In this document: positions 52,311-64,000 of the stretch, one piece after another
How the letters are laid out: each line of letters begins with the position of its first letter
Position numbering within the stretch: the first letter of the stretch is position 1
DNA from: Tubiluchus corallicola
Lineage: Eukaryota; Animalia; Priapulida
DNA length: 64,000 bases
Assembly (NCBI GenBank): GCA_030141605.1
Contig: JAQGDQ010000591.1
Span: 27,524 to 91,523 of the forward strand
Direction of reading: 5' to 3'
Notes under the pieces: generated by a model
Database searches by the model: none
What the model was told of the DNA's origin: nothing
What the model saw: the letters and a program-made list of their open reading frames with translations, nothing else
Program-made: the position numbers and the translations under genes

Positions 52311-52903
52311 GTTTCGTTTTTCCTCCACTTACGATTTACTAACCTTACCTCTCAGTTTTTAGTATTGTAAATATTAACGTAGATTTTTAAAGTTTTTACA
52401 CTGTTGTCATTTAACTTTTGTCAGATTGTTCTGCAATTAGAAGGATTTACATTGTGTAAAATAAAATTTATTTGTTCTAGTCTTGTTACTCTTTTACCGT
52501 CTCTTTGTTGCTCTCTTCCTTCTCATTTTCAAGAACAGTAAGTGGATTTTTCACCGTCTTACTTGATGAACGTCTAACACTGCAAAAAGGGAAAAAACAG
52601 GAGTGCCAAACATGTGATGAAAGTTCACAGAGTTCGTCTCTGAAAGGTTCTATCCTCACGTTTAGTTTTCCGTCTAATTTTAATGAGTTTACGATTTCGG
52701 TCATCCGGTAAAAAACCGTTAGTATGAAATGATGGATGGTCTCGCTAACTCATGCCTTTCAGCGCTTTCATGAAAACAGCTTTTTATTCAGACAGCTTTG
52801 ATGGGAACGCGAGTTGCGTAACTCTTCTGGGTTCGATGATGCAAACACTGAGTTTACTGTTCAACCAGTGGTTCTGAGGTCACAGGCAAGCTTAATTTAG
52901 CTG

Positions 52904-53538
52904 AAAGTTTGATGATAATAAAATTCATTTCAGTATAAAAGATTTCAGACTAAAAGTTTTATGATCATAAAATTCATTTCAATATAAAAGATTTCAGACT
53001 AAAAGATTCATGATCATAAAAATTCATTTCAATATGAAAGATTTCAGACTAAAAGATTCATGATCATAAAAATTCATTTCAATATGAAAGATTTCAGACT
53101 AAAAGATTCATGATCATAAAAATTCCTTCCTATATAAAAGATATCAGACTAAAAGTTTGATGATCATAAAATTCATTTCAATATAAAAGATATCAGACTA
53201 AAAGTTTCATGATAATAAAATTCATTTCAACATGAAAGATTTCAGACTAAAAGTTTGATGATCATAAAATTCATTTCAATATGAAAGATTTCAGACTAAA
53301 AGTTTGATGATAATAAAATTCATTTCAATATGAAAGATTTCAGACTAAAAGTTTCATGATCATAAAATTCCTTTCAATATAAAAGATTTCAGACTAAAAG
53401 TTTCATGATCATAAAATTCATTTCAATATGGAAGATTTCAGACTAAAAGTTTGATGACAATAAAATTCATTTCAATATGAAAGATTTCAGACTAAAAGTT
53501 TGATGATCATAAAATTCATTTCAATATAAAAGATTTGA
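52904..53538. repeat. ~49-bp minisatellite, ~13 copies
   Basis: Unit aaaagtttgatgatcataaaattcatttcaatataaaagatttcagact. Confidence 0.95.
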
Positions 53539-53679
53539 GAACAATGAGTTTTTTTATAAGTTGTTCTGTTGGAGAAATGTCACTTTTCATAGTTTAGATC
53601 AATGGGAACCGATGACATACCTTCGATAAAATCGGAGAGAATCTAAAACTATAACTTAGAACAATCTACGCTACAAAAT

Positions 53680-54033
53680 ATTGAAAGGGAACAATACTCT
53701 TTTTTTCAGTATTGACTTACGTGAAACAATTATTACCACAGAAACGTAATTTGGCGCGTTAGTTCTTCGCTATTAGACATTAGACCACTCGCTACTTAGA
53801 CGGGCACTAGCGCCTACGTCTGGGAAACGCGTTGCGCAAAAACGGGTGCTGTGGTACCTCTCAGTTCAGAGGTGTTTGCTTGTGACGTAGTGCACACATT
53901 CGAGTGCTTATGCGTGAGCGTAGCAGTAAAGTTGAAATTTGAATTTTAAGATTTTGTCGATGTGTTAAAATGTATGTTTCTTGCCCCAGTTAAAATTGGG
54001 TGTGATATGAAAAATCATGCTGGTTTGCTTTAA
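53680..54033 (+). mobile_element. Family C diverged copy with deletions
   Basis: Shares the tgacttacgtgaaa..ctcagttcaga..gaaaaatcat blocks. Confidence 0.7.
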
Positions 54034-54721
54034 AATAGCCTCTTTATATTTTTGTTTCAACTATTGTAGAAGACAGATGTAATTATTTTACTTCATTTGA
54101 GATAAAATGATTTAAATTAAATGAAATTTCACCTCTCGTATGGCTCTGTGAGTTCAAATTTTCAGAATGGCAATTTTCTTACAATCCAAAGCCGTCATCA
54201 CTTCGCTGAAAATACATTTTTTAAAATTTTCTCATTCATGAAGCAAATATTTCTCTATTAGAGGTAATCACTTTTTACATTTATTAAAAATTCTTAGGAA
54301 TTTATTCGTTGCTCGTTGCAGAATAGTAGAAAAGCTGTTTCACATTTAGAACAAAAGCAGATGGCTCTGCGTGCTTTGTTGTGTTTACCACAACGAAGTG
54401 TTGACCCTATGTTTAGTGACCTCTAAGACCGCTGCAAGATTTGAGTCTTCGTAGTAGATACTGGAACTAAGGTTTATCGTTAAAATGAAGATAAATAGCC
54501 TACATTTTTATTGGAAGACGGCTTGCTTGATCAGCTCAGTTCTCCCAACTCACTGACCTACTACCCGACCTAGCTCATTAACCGCCGCTGGGCTTAACGG
54601 CCTATAACTAAATGGCTTCTTTCAACGTACAGGCACCATAACATGTTTCAAGGGTTTACAATCACTGGCTTTTCTTAATCTTTTTATACTTCCACTCGAA
54701 CTTATCGCCAAAATAACTTAA

Positions 54722-55184
54722 CCCTTTCAGTCCCAAATTATTTTTTTTAATTAGAAAATTTTTTTTGGCTTGGTACTCTTGTTCAGTATGTCCATCTTGT
54801 TTACACATAATAATTATATTTTTACTACCTGTGCCCGTGTGCTAAATATAGCCTGTATCCCACGGGATACATTGGGATTCAATGCTTGCTAAACATGATA
54901 AAAAGCAAATGCTGATAATTTTTATTAAATTTTTAATACTGACATTTAGTATGCATGCTATGCTGATCTGTACAAAGTCGTCTCTAAAGTACTGTACCTT
55001 GCACAGTTTTTTGTGCCATGTAGATTTTTAGTTTGTCATTTTATCACTATTTTTAGTCTATTGTTATTAGCTGAAATCAAAATAACTATTAACAGATCAA
55101 ATAACTCTCAGTTTTAAAATTTTATTAATTTCAAAAGGCAGAGAATATTCTCGTATCCCACGGGATACAACGGGTATGAAAGGG
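54722..55184 (-). mobile_element. piggyBac-like MITE copy 2
   Basis: TTAA|CCCTTTCA ... TGAAAGGG|TTAA, in reverse orientation to 45747-46192. Confidence 0.9.
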
Positions 55185-56135
55185 TTAACGATTGATTCTA
55201 CTAGGCAAATACATTCCATATTTTACTACCAGAAATCTCCAGAAGATTCATATCAGCTTTATATCAGATCCTGCGTTCGGTTAACTCCATGAACAGCTCG
55301 CTAAGGTATCTATGACTCGGGTTAGTGCGCCATGTGGCCACCAGACGGCATTCCACCGCAAGTCGGCTCGACGTAAACGAAGAGGGGCAACTGTTTCGCA
55401 CAGACCGGATCACACAGCACGAAGCGATGAAAGTTTAAAAAACTAATTAAGCTGCCATATTGACGTGCTGGCGTGTAAGTGATACCCGCTAGTAGTGGCT
55501 TTTCGGTACCAAAGAGTTAACAAGTGGCTTCAGGTAACAGCTAGCGATAAAAAATGGCCGACAGCTCTTTGGAGACAGCCAAAGACTGTCCGAATTTATC
55601 TAATACTTGCCGAAAAATGTTGCCTCACAATACTAAATAGCGTCACGTGATCAGTTGAACCGATGACGTCAGCGCCAAGTCACATCTTGAAACCATAAGA
55701 GCCAATGAAAATACGCGCGGTTGTCAAGATGGCGCTGATGTTGTAAAAATACAAGAAACACTTAAATTCGAATGGGATAGTTAGAGAGATGTTTTTGAAC
55801 TCCAACGCGTGAATCCTTAAAATGCGAGAATTTATGCTGTCTGCCAGTCATCGAGTGAACAGAGAAGCCATGTAAATTTAGCTGACTTTTACACTCGAAC
55901 AATTGAAGCTGTCTAAATGAAGTCGTTCTGGCTTACTTGAAATTATTATTATTTTATTTCGTATCGTTACATACAGGTACAGCACATATTACATATACAA
56001 AAATATAACAAGGAAAAGATAGTATAAACATACACAAACAAGAAAGAAATTAGTTCGTATAAAATAAACAATTTTTAAATATGATAATGATCGTACATAG
56101 TTGTAGGTAAAAATATCGTTAGTTTTCACATACTC

Positions 56136-57052
<917 letters not shown>

Positions 57053-57441
57053 AACTCTTCACAGTTAATCCTGCAAACATACATAAAAAGCATTGATAAC
57101 TAGCATTTTAATATTCATTTTACCACACCTCAAGATTAGCCACACTTTCTTCTTAAGTGGCAGTGATTACCCTTAGTCAAATACAACACTAATTGAATAT
57201 TGTCGATGCAAGATTTTTGAATGTTCTTTAAAAAATTTAAAAAATAAACCCTCGGGGTTTAAAATTTTAATGCAGGATTATTTCATTTCCTTAGAGAAAC
57301 AACTCACACAGGAAGTCTCCTGAAAAGATAACAGCTATCCCGGTAGTGAGTCTCTGTGCACGACGTTAAATGTAGAACGCTTATAATGCAAAAGCTGCTG
57401 CAAAAATAAAAAAGGAGGTTCTCTGACAGGACTCACTTTAG

Positions 57442-58445
57442 ACCATGCTGTCCGGTCACCCGCAACCTCCCACTTACTCCACGCTGCCCTGTCACCCGCA
57501 ACCTCCCACTTACTCCACGCTGCCCTGTCACCCACAACCTCCCACTTACTCCATGCTGCCCTGTCACCCGCAACCTCCCACTTACTCCACGCTGTTCTGT
57601 CACCCGCAACCTCCCACTTACTCCATGCTGCCCTGTCACCCGCAACCTCCCACTTACTCCATGCTGCCCTGTCACCCACAACCTCCCACTTACTCCATGC
57701 TGCCCTGTCACCCGCAACCTCCCACTTACTCCACGCTGCCCTGTCACCCACAACCTCCCACTTACTCCACGCTGCCCTGTCACCCGCAACCTCCCACTTA
57801 CTCCACGCTGCCCTGTCACCCGCAACCTCCCACTTACTCCATGCTGCCCGGTCACCCGCAACCTCCCACTTACTCCATGCTGCCCGGTCACCCGCAACCT
57901 CCCACTTACTCCATGCTGCTCTGTCACCCGCAACCTCCCACTTACTCCATGCTGCCCTGTCACCCGCAACCTCCCACTTACTCCACGCTGCTCTGTCACC
58001 CGCAACCTCCCACTTACTCCACGCTGCTCTGTCACCCACAACCTCCCACTTACTCCACGCTGCCCTGTCACCCGCAACCTCCCACTTACTCCACGCTGCC
58101 CTGTCACCCGCAACCTCCCACTTACTCCACGCTGCCCTGTCACCCGCAACCTCCCACTTACTCCACGCTGCCCTGTCACCCACAACCTCCCACTTACTCC
58201 ACGCTCTCTGCCACCCACAACCTCCCACTTACTCCACGCTGCCCTGTCACCCACAACCTCCCACTTACTCCATGCTGCCCTGTCACCCACAACCCTCCCA
58301 CTTACTCCATGCTGCTCTGTCACCCACAACCTCCCACTTACTCCATGCTGGTCTGTCACCCGCAACCTCCCACTTACTCCATGCTGCTCTGTCACCCACA
58401 ACCTCCCACTTACTCCATGCTGTCCCGTCACCCACAACCTCCCAT
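57442..58445. repeat. 36-bp GC-rich minisatellite, ~28 copies
   Basis: Unit ccacgctgccctgtcacccgcaacctcccacttact; 12-aa periodic ORFs. Confidence 0.98.
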
Positions 58446-58721
58446 GTCTCTGTATTTTTGATATCTAATGGTATGTTGATAAGATCTTTTTGGATGAAAT
58501 TGATGTAGCGTATATACTTATGTACAAGTCGAATTTTTGGGAGGCGATTTTAAGATGCAATTTTTAGGGTCGACTTATACTTACGATGTCGCTAAAGAGT
58601 CGTCCACAATACGAATATGTTGAAATGTTACGACGGATCCTGGCCGCGATATCCTAGGGTTAAAGGCATTACAAACAATTATGCGCGATGAAAGGCCAGG
58701 CTGTTTCTCAATATATATATA

Positions 58722-59085
58722 TATTGGACCCCCGTGCGCTCATAGCGGAGGCAAGACGGATGGCACCGCGGCCCACACCGTGCGGCATGTCATTCAACGC
58801 CTCACCCATAAACAAAGATTGAATAATAGAGTCAGTCGAAATGACAATTTATTATTGAATATTACACTTTAAATAAGGAATGACCAGCTTACCTACAGGA
58901 AGAGAGTTTGCGAGGAAAGCCTGAGAAATGTGAACAGAGCTGCACATGCTACGAAAGACACGACCACTGACAAGGGTCTACAGCAGACCTTTTTATAAGC
59001 TCAGGTGTGCACGTGACTAGTGGCTTTTACCAACACAAGATCAGAATACGAGTTTGTGCTAGATAAAGCCACGTTCACATGCACA
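58722..59085 (-). mobile_element. Solo-LTR-like repeat, copy 1
   Basis: Minus strand has TATAAAA, then AATAAA ~140 nt later, and ends TCCAATA; direct repeat at 61986-62359. Confidence 0.55.
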
Positions 59086-59610
59086 CGATCAAGTTGAGAT
59101 AAAGCATTTTTTGATTAAGTTGACTGAAAGAAAGAGCACATTTAACCCTCAAAGTCGAAATTACATATTATGTTTTCCTTTCTCAACTTTCAGTTTTGTC
59201 ACTCATATACCATTGCTATTATTACATCATTTACTTCATCCTCATTTACATTAAGTTACATACAGAAGCATGCATAATTATAATCATTTTTTCATTTAAG
59301 TAAGGTGAGTGTGTTAATGATCGTATGGTCGTACACTCACCTCACACTACTCAAATTATTACATCATTTGCTTCATACTCATTTACATTAAGTTATCTAC
59401 AGAAGCATGCATAATTATAATCATTTTTTCATTTAAGTAAGGTTATCTATCTTACTTATCATCTAAGATTATTTTATTTTAAATTTATTGATATTGTATT
59501 TTTTATGTGTGAAAAATAAATTCAATTCGTAGTTGCTGTGGTACACCAACAGCAACTGCGCGTGCGCATAACGAAACTGTGAAAATGCTTATTATGTGGT
59601 ACATTTTTAG

Positions 59611-59747
59611 AAGACAGACGTAAAGAGATGGATTATATAGAAGAATATCAGACGATTGACTCGCCTGGGTCTTGTACTGACATTGAGATATTCAATATCC
59701 ATAGTGAAGGAACCTTCATGGTGTTAGCTTGCGAAAGCAAGAAACAG
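59611..59747 (+). CDS. TSPEAR: TSPEAR-like exon, start of EAR repeats; not in ORF track
   Basis: ttttag| ... |gtaatt; QDRRKEMDYIEEYQTIDSPGSCTDIEIFNIHSEGTFMVLACESKKQ (cf. KERLDYVEEHQNL..IEVFRI). 137 nt, phase 1 to 0. Confidence 0.92.
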
Positions 59748-60493
59748 GTAATTGTTAAAGTTCTGTTAGCTTTTCTAGTGCAGTGAATTTGATTGTAGGT
59801 GGCGCCAACACTTTGATTATATTCTGTTGAATGTTTTCTTACATCGTTTTTGCACAATTACCGAAACTAGTCCTTAAAGTTTAAGCGTTCGTAGGAAAAT
59901 TTATTTTAGCTGTTTTAAGATAATCATCATTATTAATATTTATCTTAAAAAGCCGCGTCTATCTCCTCTGCGTGCGTTTTCTGCGGAACGAGTTTAAAAC
60001 CGGCCATGCACTGCGTTGAACTGGTACCATGGGCATTAGTACTCCAGTCAACGGCTGAGAATAAATGCACACTTTAAAGTTAGCAAAAGTTAAAAACCGA
60101 GTAAAATTTTAGCGATTTTTTGAGTAGAAAATACTTTCTGATTTAGACTTTTGTTAATTTATCTAAGAATTACTCAGACAAAGAGACACTGTACCTCTTT
60201 ATCTATAATTTATTTATGAAGTATTTAGATACCTAGCTGATCTCATTAATATTAATGTACAAGCGTTATACAACCCTCTGAGTTACAACACCATAAAATA
60301 TTTCACTTTGTAGACGTGCAAAATCCATACATACAGCCTAATCCAATTAAAAAAACTTCACCTCAATCTTATCCAAAGTTGTATAGAGAAACTGGATAAT
60401 AGACGTGCCACCCGGTTTAATCATATTAATGCTAATTAGTCGACAAAAACGTTTCATTTTTCTAAAGAATAAATGTGAATGTTTGTCATGTAG

Positions 60494-60610
60494 GTTGGTG
60501 GAATGCAGATGTCTCCCATATACAAGTGGAGCAATGGCAAGTTCTACACGTATCAAAACCTCACTACATCTGGTTCACAATCGTGGAAGTTTTTTACCAT
60601 CGACGTCGAG
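60494..60610 (+). CDS. TSPEAR: TSPEAR-like EAR-repeat exon (intact copy)
   Basis: catgtag| ... |gttggt; VGGMQMSPIYKWSNGKFYTYQNLTTSGSQSWKFFTIDVE (EAR motif IYKW..F..YQ.L.T..W.FF). 117 nt, phase 0 to 0. Confidence 0.9.
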
Positions 60611-60616
60611 GTTGGT

Positions 60617-61328
60617 ATCATCATCGTCATCGTTATCTTCATCATCGTCATCATCATCATCATCATTACCACCACCCTCATCATCATTCCCACCACCCTC
60701 ATCATCATCATCATCATCACTACCACCAGCCTCATCATCATCATCATCATCATCACTGCCATCATCATGTCATGTAGGTTGGTGGATGCAGATGTCTCCC
60801 ATATACAAGTGGAGCAATGGCAAGTTCTACACGTATCAAAACCTCACTACGTCTGGTTCCCAATCGTGGAAGTTTTTTACCATCGACGTCGAGGTTGGTA
60901 TCATCATTGTCATCCTTATCATCATCATCGTCATCATCATCATCATCATCATCATCATTACCACCACCCTCATCATCATTACCACCACCCTCATCATCAT
61001 CATCATCATCATCATCACCACCACCTTCGTCATCATCATCACTACCACCACCCTCATCATCATCATCATCATCACCACCACTTTCATCATCATCATCATC
61101 ATCGTCATCATCATCACTACCACCCTCATCACCATCATCATCATCATCACCACCACCCTCATCATCATCATCATCATCACCACCACCACCTTCATCATCA
61201 TCATCGTCGTTGTCGTCGTCGTCGTCGTCATCGTCATCATCATCATCATCATCATCGTCATCATTGATCATCATTATCATCATCATCTACATCGCCATCA
61301 CCATCGTCGTCGTCGTCGTCGTCGTCAT
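60617..61328. repeat. (ATC/ACC)n tracts surrounding the duplicated exon
   Basis: Direct reading. Confidence 0.95.
60778..60893 (+). pseudogene. Tandem duplicate of the preceding EAR exon with a 1-nt deletion
   Basis: Near-identical to 60494-60610; GGAATG>GGATG frameshift plus two synonymous changes (ACA>ACG, TCA>TCC). AG and GT sites retained. Confidence 0.85.
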
Positions 61329-61637
61329 ATTCTTCTTCTTCAGCATTTACAGTATGACTACAAGCAGTATAGATACATAATGTTAAGAATGACATTAATA
61401 TTACAATATAAACTGATACAACAATCAGAAGTCCTTTGTTATAACATAAATTTCTCTACAAGCTTAAACACTTGATTACTTAACAATTGTATTTAAGTGT
61501 TGATGGTCATGAAGAAGCTGATAAACGAGTTCATTTGTCGACAGATTATAAATTCTAATATTATGAAGAATTAACAAAGCACAGAGTTTGTTTAGCAATG
61601 CTTAATACATCTCGAGGCTGGTCCTGCTTTTACATAG

Positions 61638-61824
61638 ATGTACATGGCAGTTGCCAACAAAGGAACAGGAAACCAACTCAAGGGTATTTGTACCATCTAC
61701 AAGTGGAGTAATGAACATAAGTTGTTCTTCAAGCACCAAGACATCATCACTTACACCGCACGCGATGTCGAGCATTTCTACGACAACGGCGACGATTATC
61801 TTGCCATTGCCAACTACGCAAAAG
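61638..61824 (+). CDS. TSPEAR: TSPEAR-like EAR-repeat exon; gene continues beyond the window
   Basis: acatag| ... |gtactt; MYMAVANKGTGNQLKGICTIYKWSNEHKLFFKHQDIITYTARDVEHFYDNGDDYLAIANYAK (cf. IFLAVANF..SVIYKW..YQSIATHSARDWEAF..FLAVANH). 187 nt, phase 0 to 1. Confidence 0.95.
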
Positions 61825-61985
61825 GTACTTTGTTCATTTCGTTTTATTTATTTTACACTTACACCGTCGTAAAACCTTCTGTTGTCTGTTGTCTTTGTTG
61901 TTTCTTTGTTTAGACGTATAATGTTTTTAAATCGTCTTTTCTTTGTCTCCTGTAATTTCTTTTCTTAATGGTTCAATAAAAAATA

Positions 61986-62359
61986 TATTGGACTACTGTC
62001 CGCTTTTAACGGAGGCAGGACGGATGGCACCGCGGCCCACACCGTGCGGCATGTCCCAATTAAGTCGCTCAACGCCTTAACCAAAACAGAACCCGAATAA
62101 TAGAGTCGAAATGACAATTTATTACTAAATATTACACCCCACAATAAGGAACAAATAGCTTACCTAAAAGAACGGAGTTTGCGGCAAACCTGTGAAATGT
62201 GAACAGAGCTGCAATGAAAGACACGACCACTGACAAGGGTCTACAGCAGACCTTCCCTTTTCATAAGCTCAGGTGTGCGCGTGACTAGTGGCTTTTACTA
62301 ACACAAGGTCAGAATACGAGTCTGTGCTAGATAAAGCCACGTTCACATGCACACCTGAG
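61986..62359 (-). mobile_element. Solo-LTR-like repeat, copy 2
   Basis: Colinear with 58722-59085. Confidence 0.55.
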
Positions 62360-62439
62360 AAGTCTACTGTATTCTCCTGCCAGTATTACACTTCATTTCA
62401 CCACAGCCCTGTAGTACAATATTTTATTTCGTAATATTC

Positions 62440-62890
62440 AAAGTACAATACACGAGTGACAAGGCAATTAAAAAGTGAAATAAAATAATAAAGAACTACT
62501 ACAAAAACAGCGCAAATTAAAACAGTGTGATGACAATAATATTCGTAGAAGATTACGGTAAAAAACACAAAGAACTAAGATGGCTGCTTACAAGCGTCTG
62601 TTAAAAAGTAAGAAATTGCTAAAATCAACATGACATAGCCGTCTTTTAAATAATTTTCTGTTACCAGCATTTATAGTTGGAACATGATTCAAATATGATG
62701 GTAGTTTATTCCATAAACTTACAACTCTGTTGATGAAGAAATGTTTAAAGCAATTGAGTTTTTTTCACTCGTAATTTCATATGGTGGCACCTTGTAATAT
62801 TTGCAAGTGGTGCAAAGTTAAAAAAAGGTTCATTGGAGATCGACATGACACCATAAATAGTGCTATAGCACATAGTTAGATCACATATAA
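62440..62890 (-). mobile_element. CR1-like LINE 3' remnant
   Basis: Minus strand TRCHHMKL..FKHFFINRVVSLWNKLPS, matching the CR1 motif TRGH..KL..FF..RVV..WN.LP. Confidence 0.75.
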
Positions 62891-63282
62891 ATAGATCATA
62901 TAATTAGATCAATAGCACATAGTTAGATCGCTATAAATCACTATATCATTTCTAGGGGTTCTGTAGGTAGGTAATGTAGGGGTACGCAGCATGCTGGAAT
63001 AATTGAAGCAAAATTCTAAATTCTTTTGTCCCCGGTAGTATTCACACGCTGAGGCAGCTTACTCAGTGTTTAGATTTTTATCTTTGTGCCTGATCCATCT
63101 ACTAATATCCTGGAAACTAAACGGAAATACAGCAAATTTCAAGAAACTTTGAAACTTAAAAAAACTAGTTTATATCTGGTTTAAAATCCCTTAAAGCTTA
63201 TGGTCGCAAATTAGTTAAATTTGTTAAATAACGAGTTTAAGATGAATTCGTGATTATACGAAAGTATAAGATATATCAGCTC

Positions 63283-63606
63283 ATTATATGAGTATATGAA
63301 TATATGATATATAGTATATAGTATATATATGATATATATTCAATATTTATATAGTATTCAATATTCATTATTTAATAAATAAATAAATTAATATATATAT
63401 ATATATATATATGATATATATACATAGTATTATATGATATATAGTATATGATTATATAGTATATATATATGTATATGATATATAGTATATAGTATATATA
63501 TGATATATATATATGTAGTATATATGATATATAGCATATAGATGATATATATATGATATATGGTATATAATTATATGAATATATGAGTATATTATATGAT
63601 TATATG
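63283..63606. repeat. TA-rich low-complexity tract
   Basis: Direct reading. Confidence 0.9.
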
Positions 63607-64000
63607 AAAGTGAAATGTATCTTGAGTAAAAGACTCATAGTTGAAACTAGTTATAGTGGTTCAGAATTAGTTCTTTTTTGTTTTCCTTTTATTGGGTAAA
63701 CCACCTGAAGGTGAATATGCTACCTCATTGCAACCAGTAGAATTACCAGTAGGAATCCGTTTGACGTTGGAAACTGTTTCAGAAGTCATCCATATTTGCA
63801 ACAACCAGCTACAAGACTAAACTTCTCATAACCCGAGGCGCTTGCCTGTCGTTCTGTTCTTAAACTTTTAATCTCTTCATTAGCTGATGAAATCTGCCTT
63901 CAAAATGGCTGCTTTGTTACACATTCTTTCTACATTCCTCGGCTCTTTTTCTTTTTTCAATGTATCCACAGTGTTCGCCGGCAACTTTTCTTTCACAAAA

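Noticed and set aside
52486-52711. Possible extra TSPEAR exon
   Set aside because: Exons ending 48833 and starting 59611 already join in phase with contiguous homology, and this peptide has no family motif.
54515-54610. 5S rRNA-like similarity on the minus strand
   Set aside because: Too weak to support by eye.
60405-61475. 356-aa Ser/Pro/Ile-rich ORF
   Set aside because: Read-through of (ATC)n tracts and the duplicated exon, not a separate gene.
63690-64000. Coding-like minus-strand stretch and a lone CTGATGA near 63885
   Set aside because: Frames are interrupted with no recognisable motif, and no stem II or GAAA follows the CTGATGA.

Overview
AT-rich, microsatellite- and transposon-dense animal (invertebrate-like) genomic DNA; no prokaryotic or CRISPR features. 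One protein-coding gene is supported: a TSPEAR-like gene (thrombospondin-type laminin-G domain plus EAR repeats) on the + strand. It has a probable signal-peptide exon at ~25.6 kb and eight phase-consistent exons from 33.2 to 61.8 kb, and continues past the window end. Most long ORFs in the track are simple-repeat artefacts. The rest of the window is non-autonomous DNA transposons (TTAA-flanked Kolobok-like and piggyBac-like, TA-flanked Tc1/pogo-like, hAT-like, foldback), LINE remnants, a tRNA-like SINE, solo-LTR-like repeats and minisatellites. Most notable: (1) seven minimal hammerhead-ribozyme-like motifs of the Penelope pseudo-LTR type, in tandem and inverted arrangements, one on the TSPEAR sense strand inside an intron; (2) a tandemly duplicated EAR exon joined at an (ATC)n tract, part of a wider pattern of (ATC/GAT)n-bounded cassette duplication; (3) repeat-derived candidate splice donors next to TSPEAR exons. 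All identifications were made by eye and from recalled family motifs; no searches were run. I found nothing I can firmly call a new biological system.
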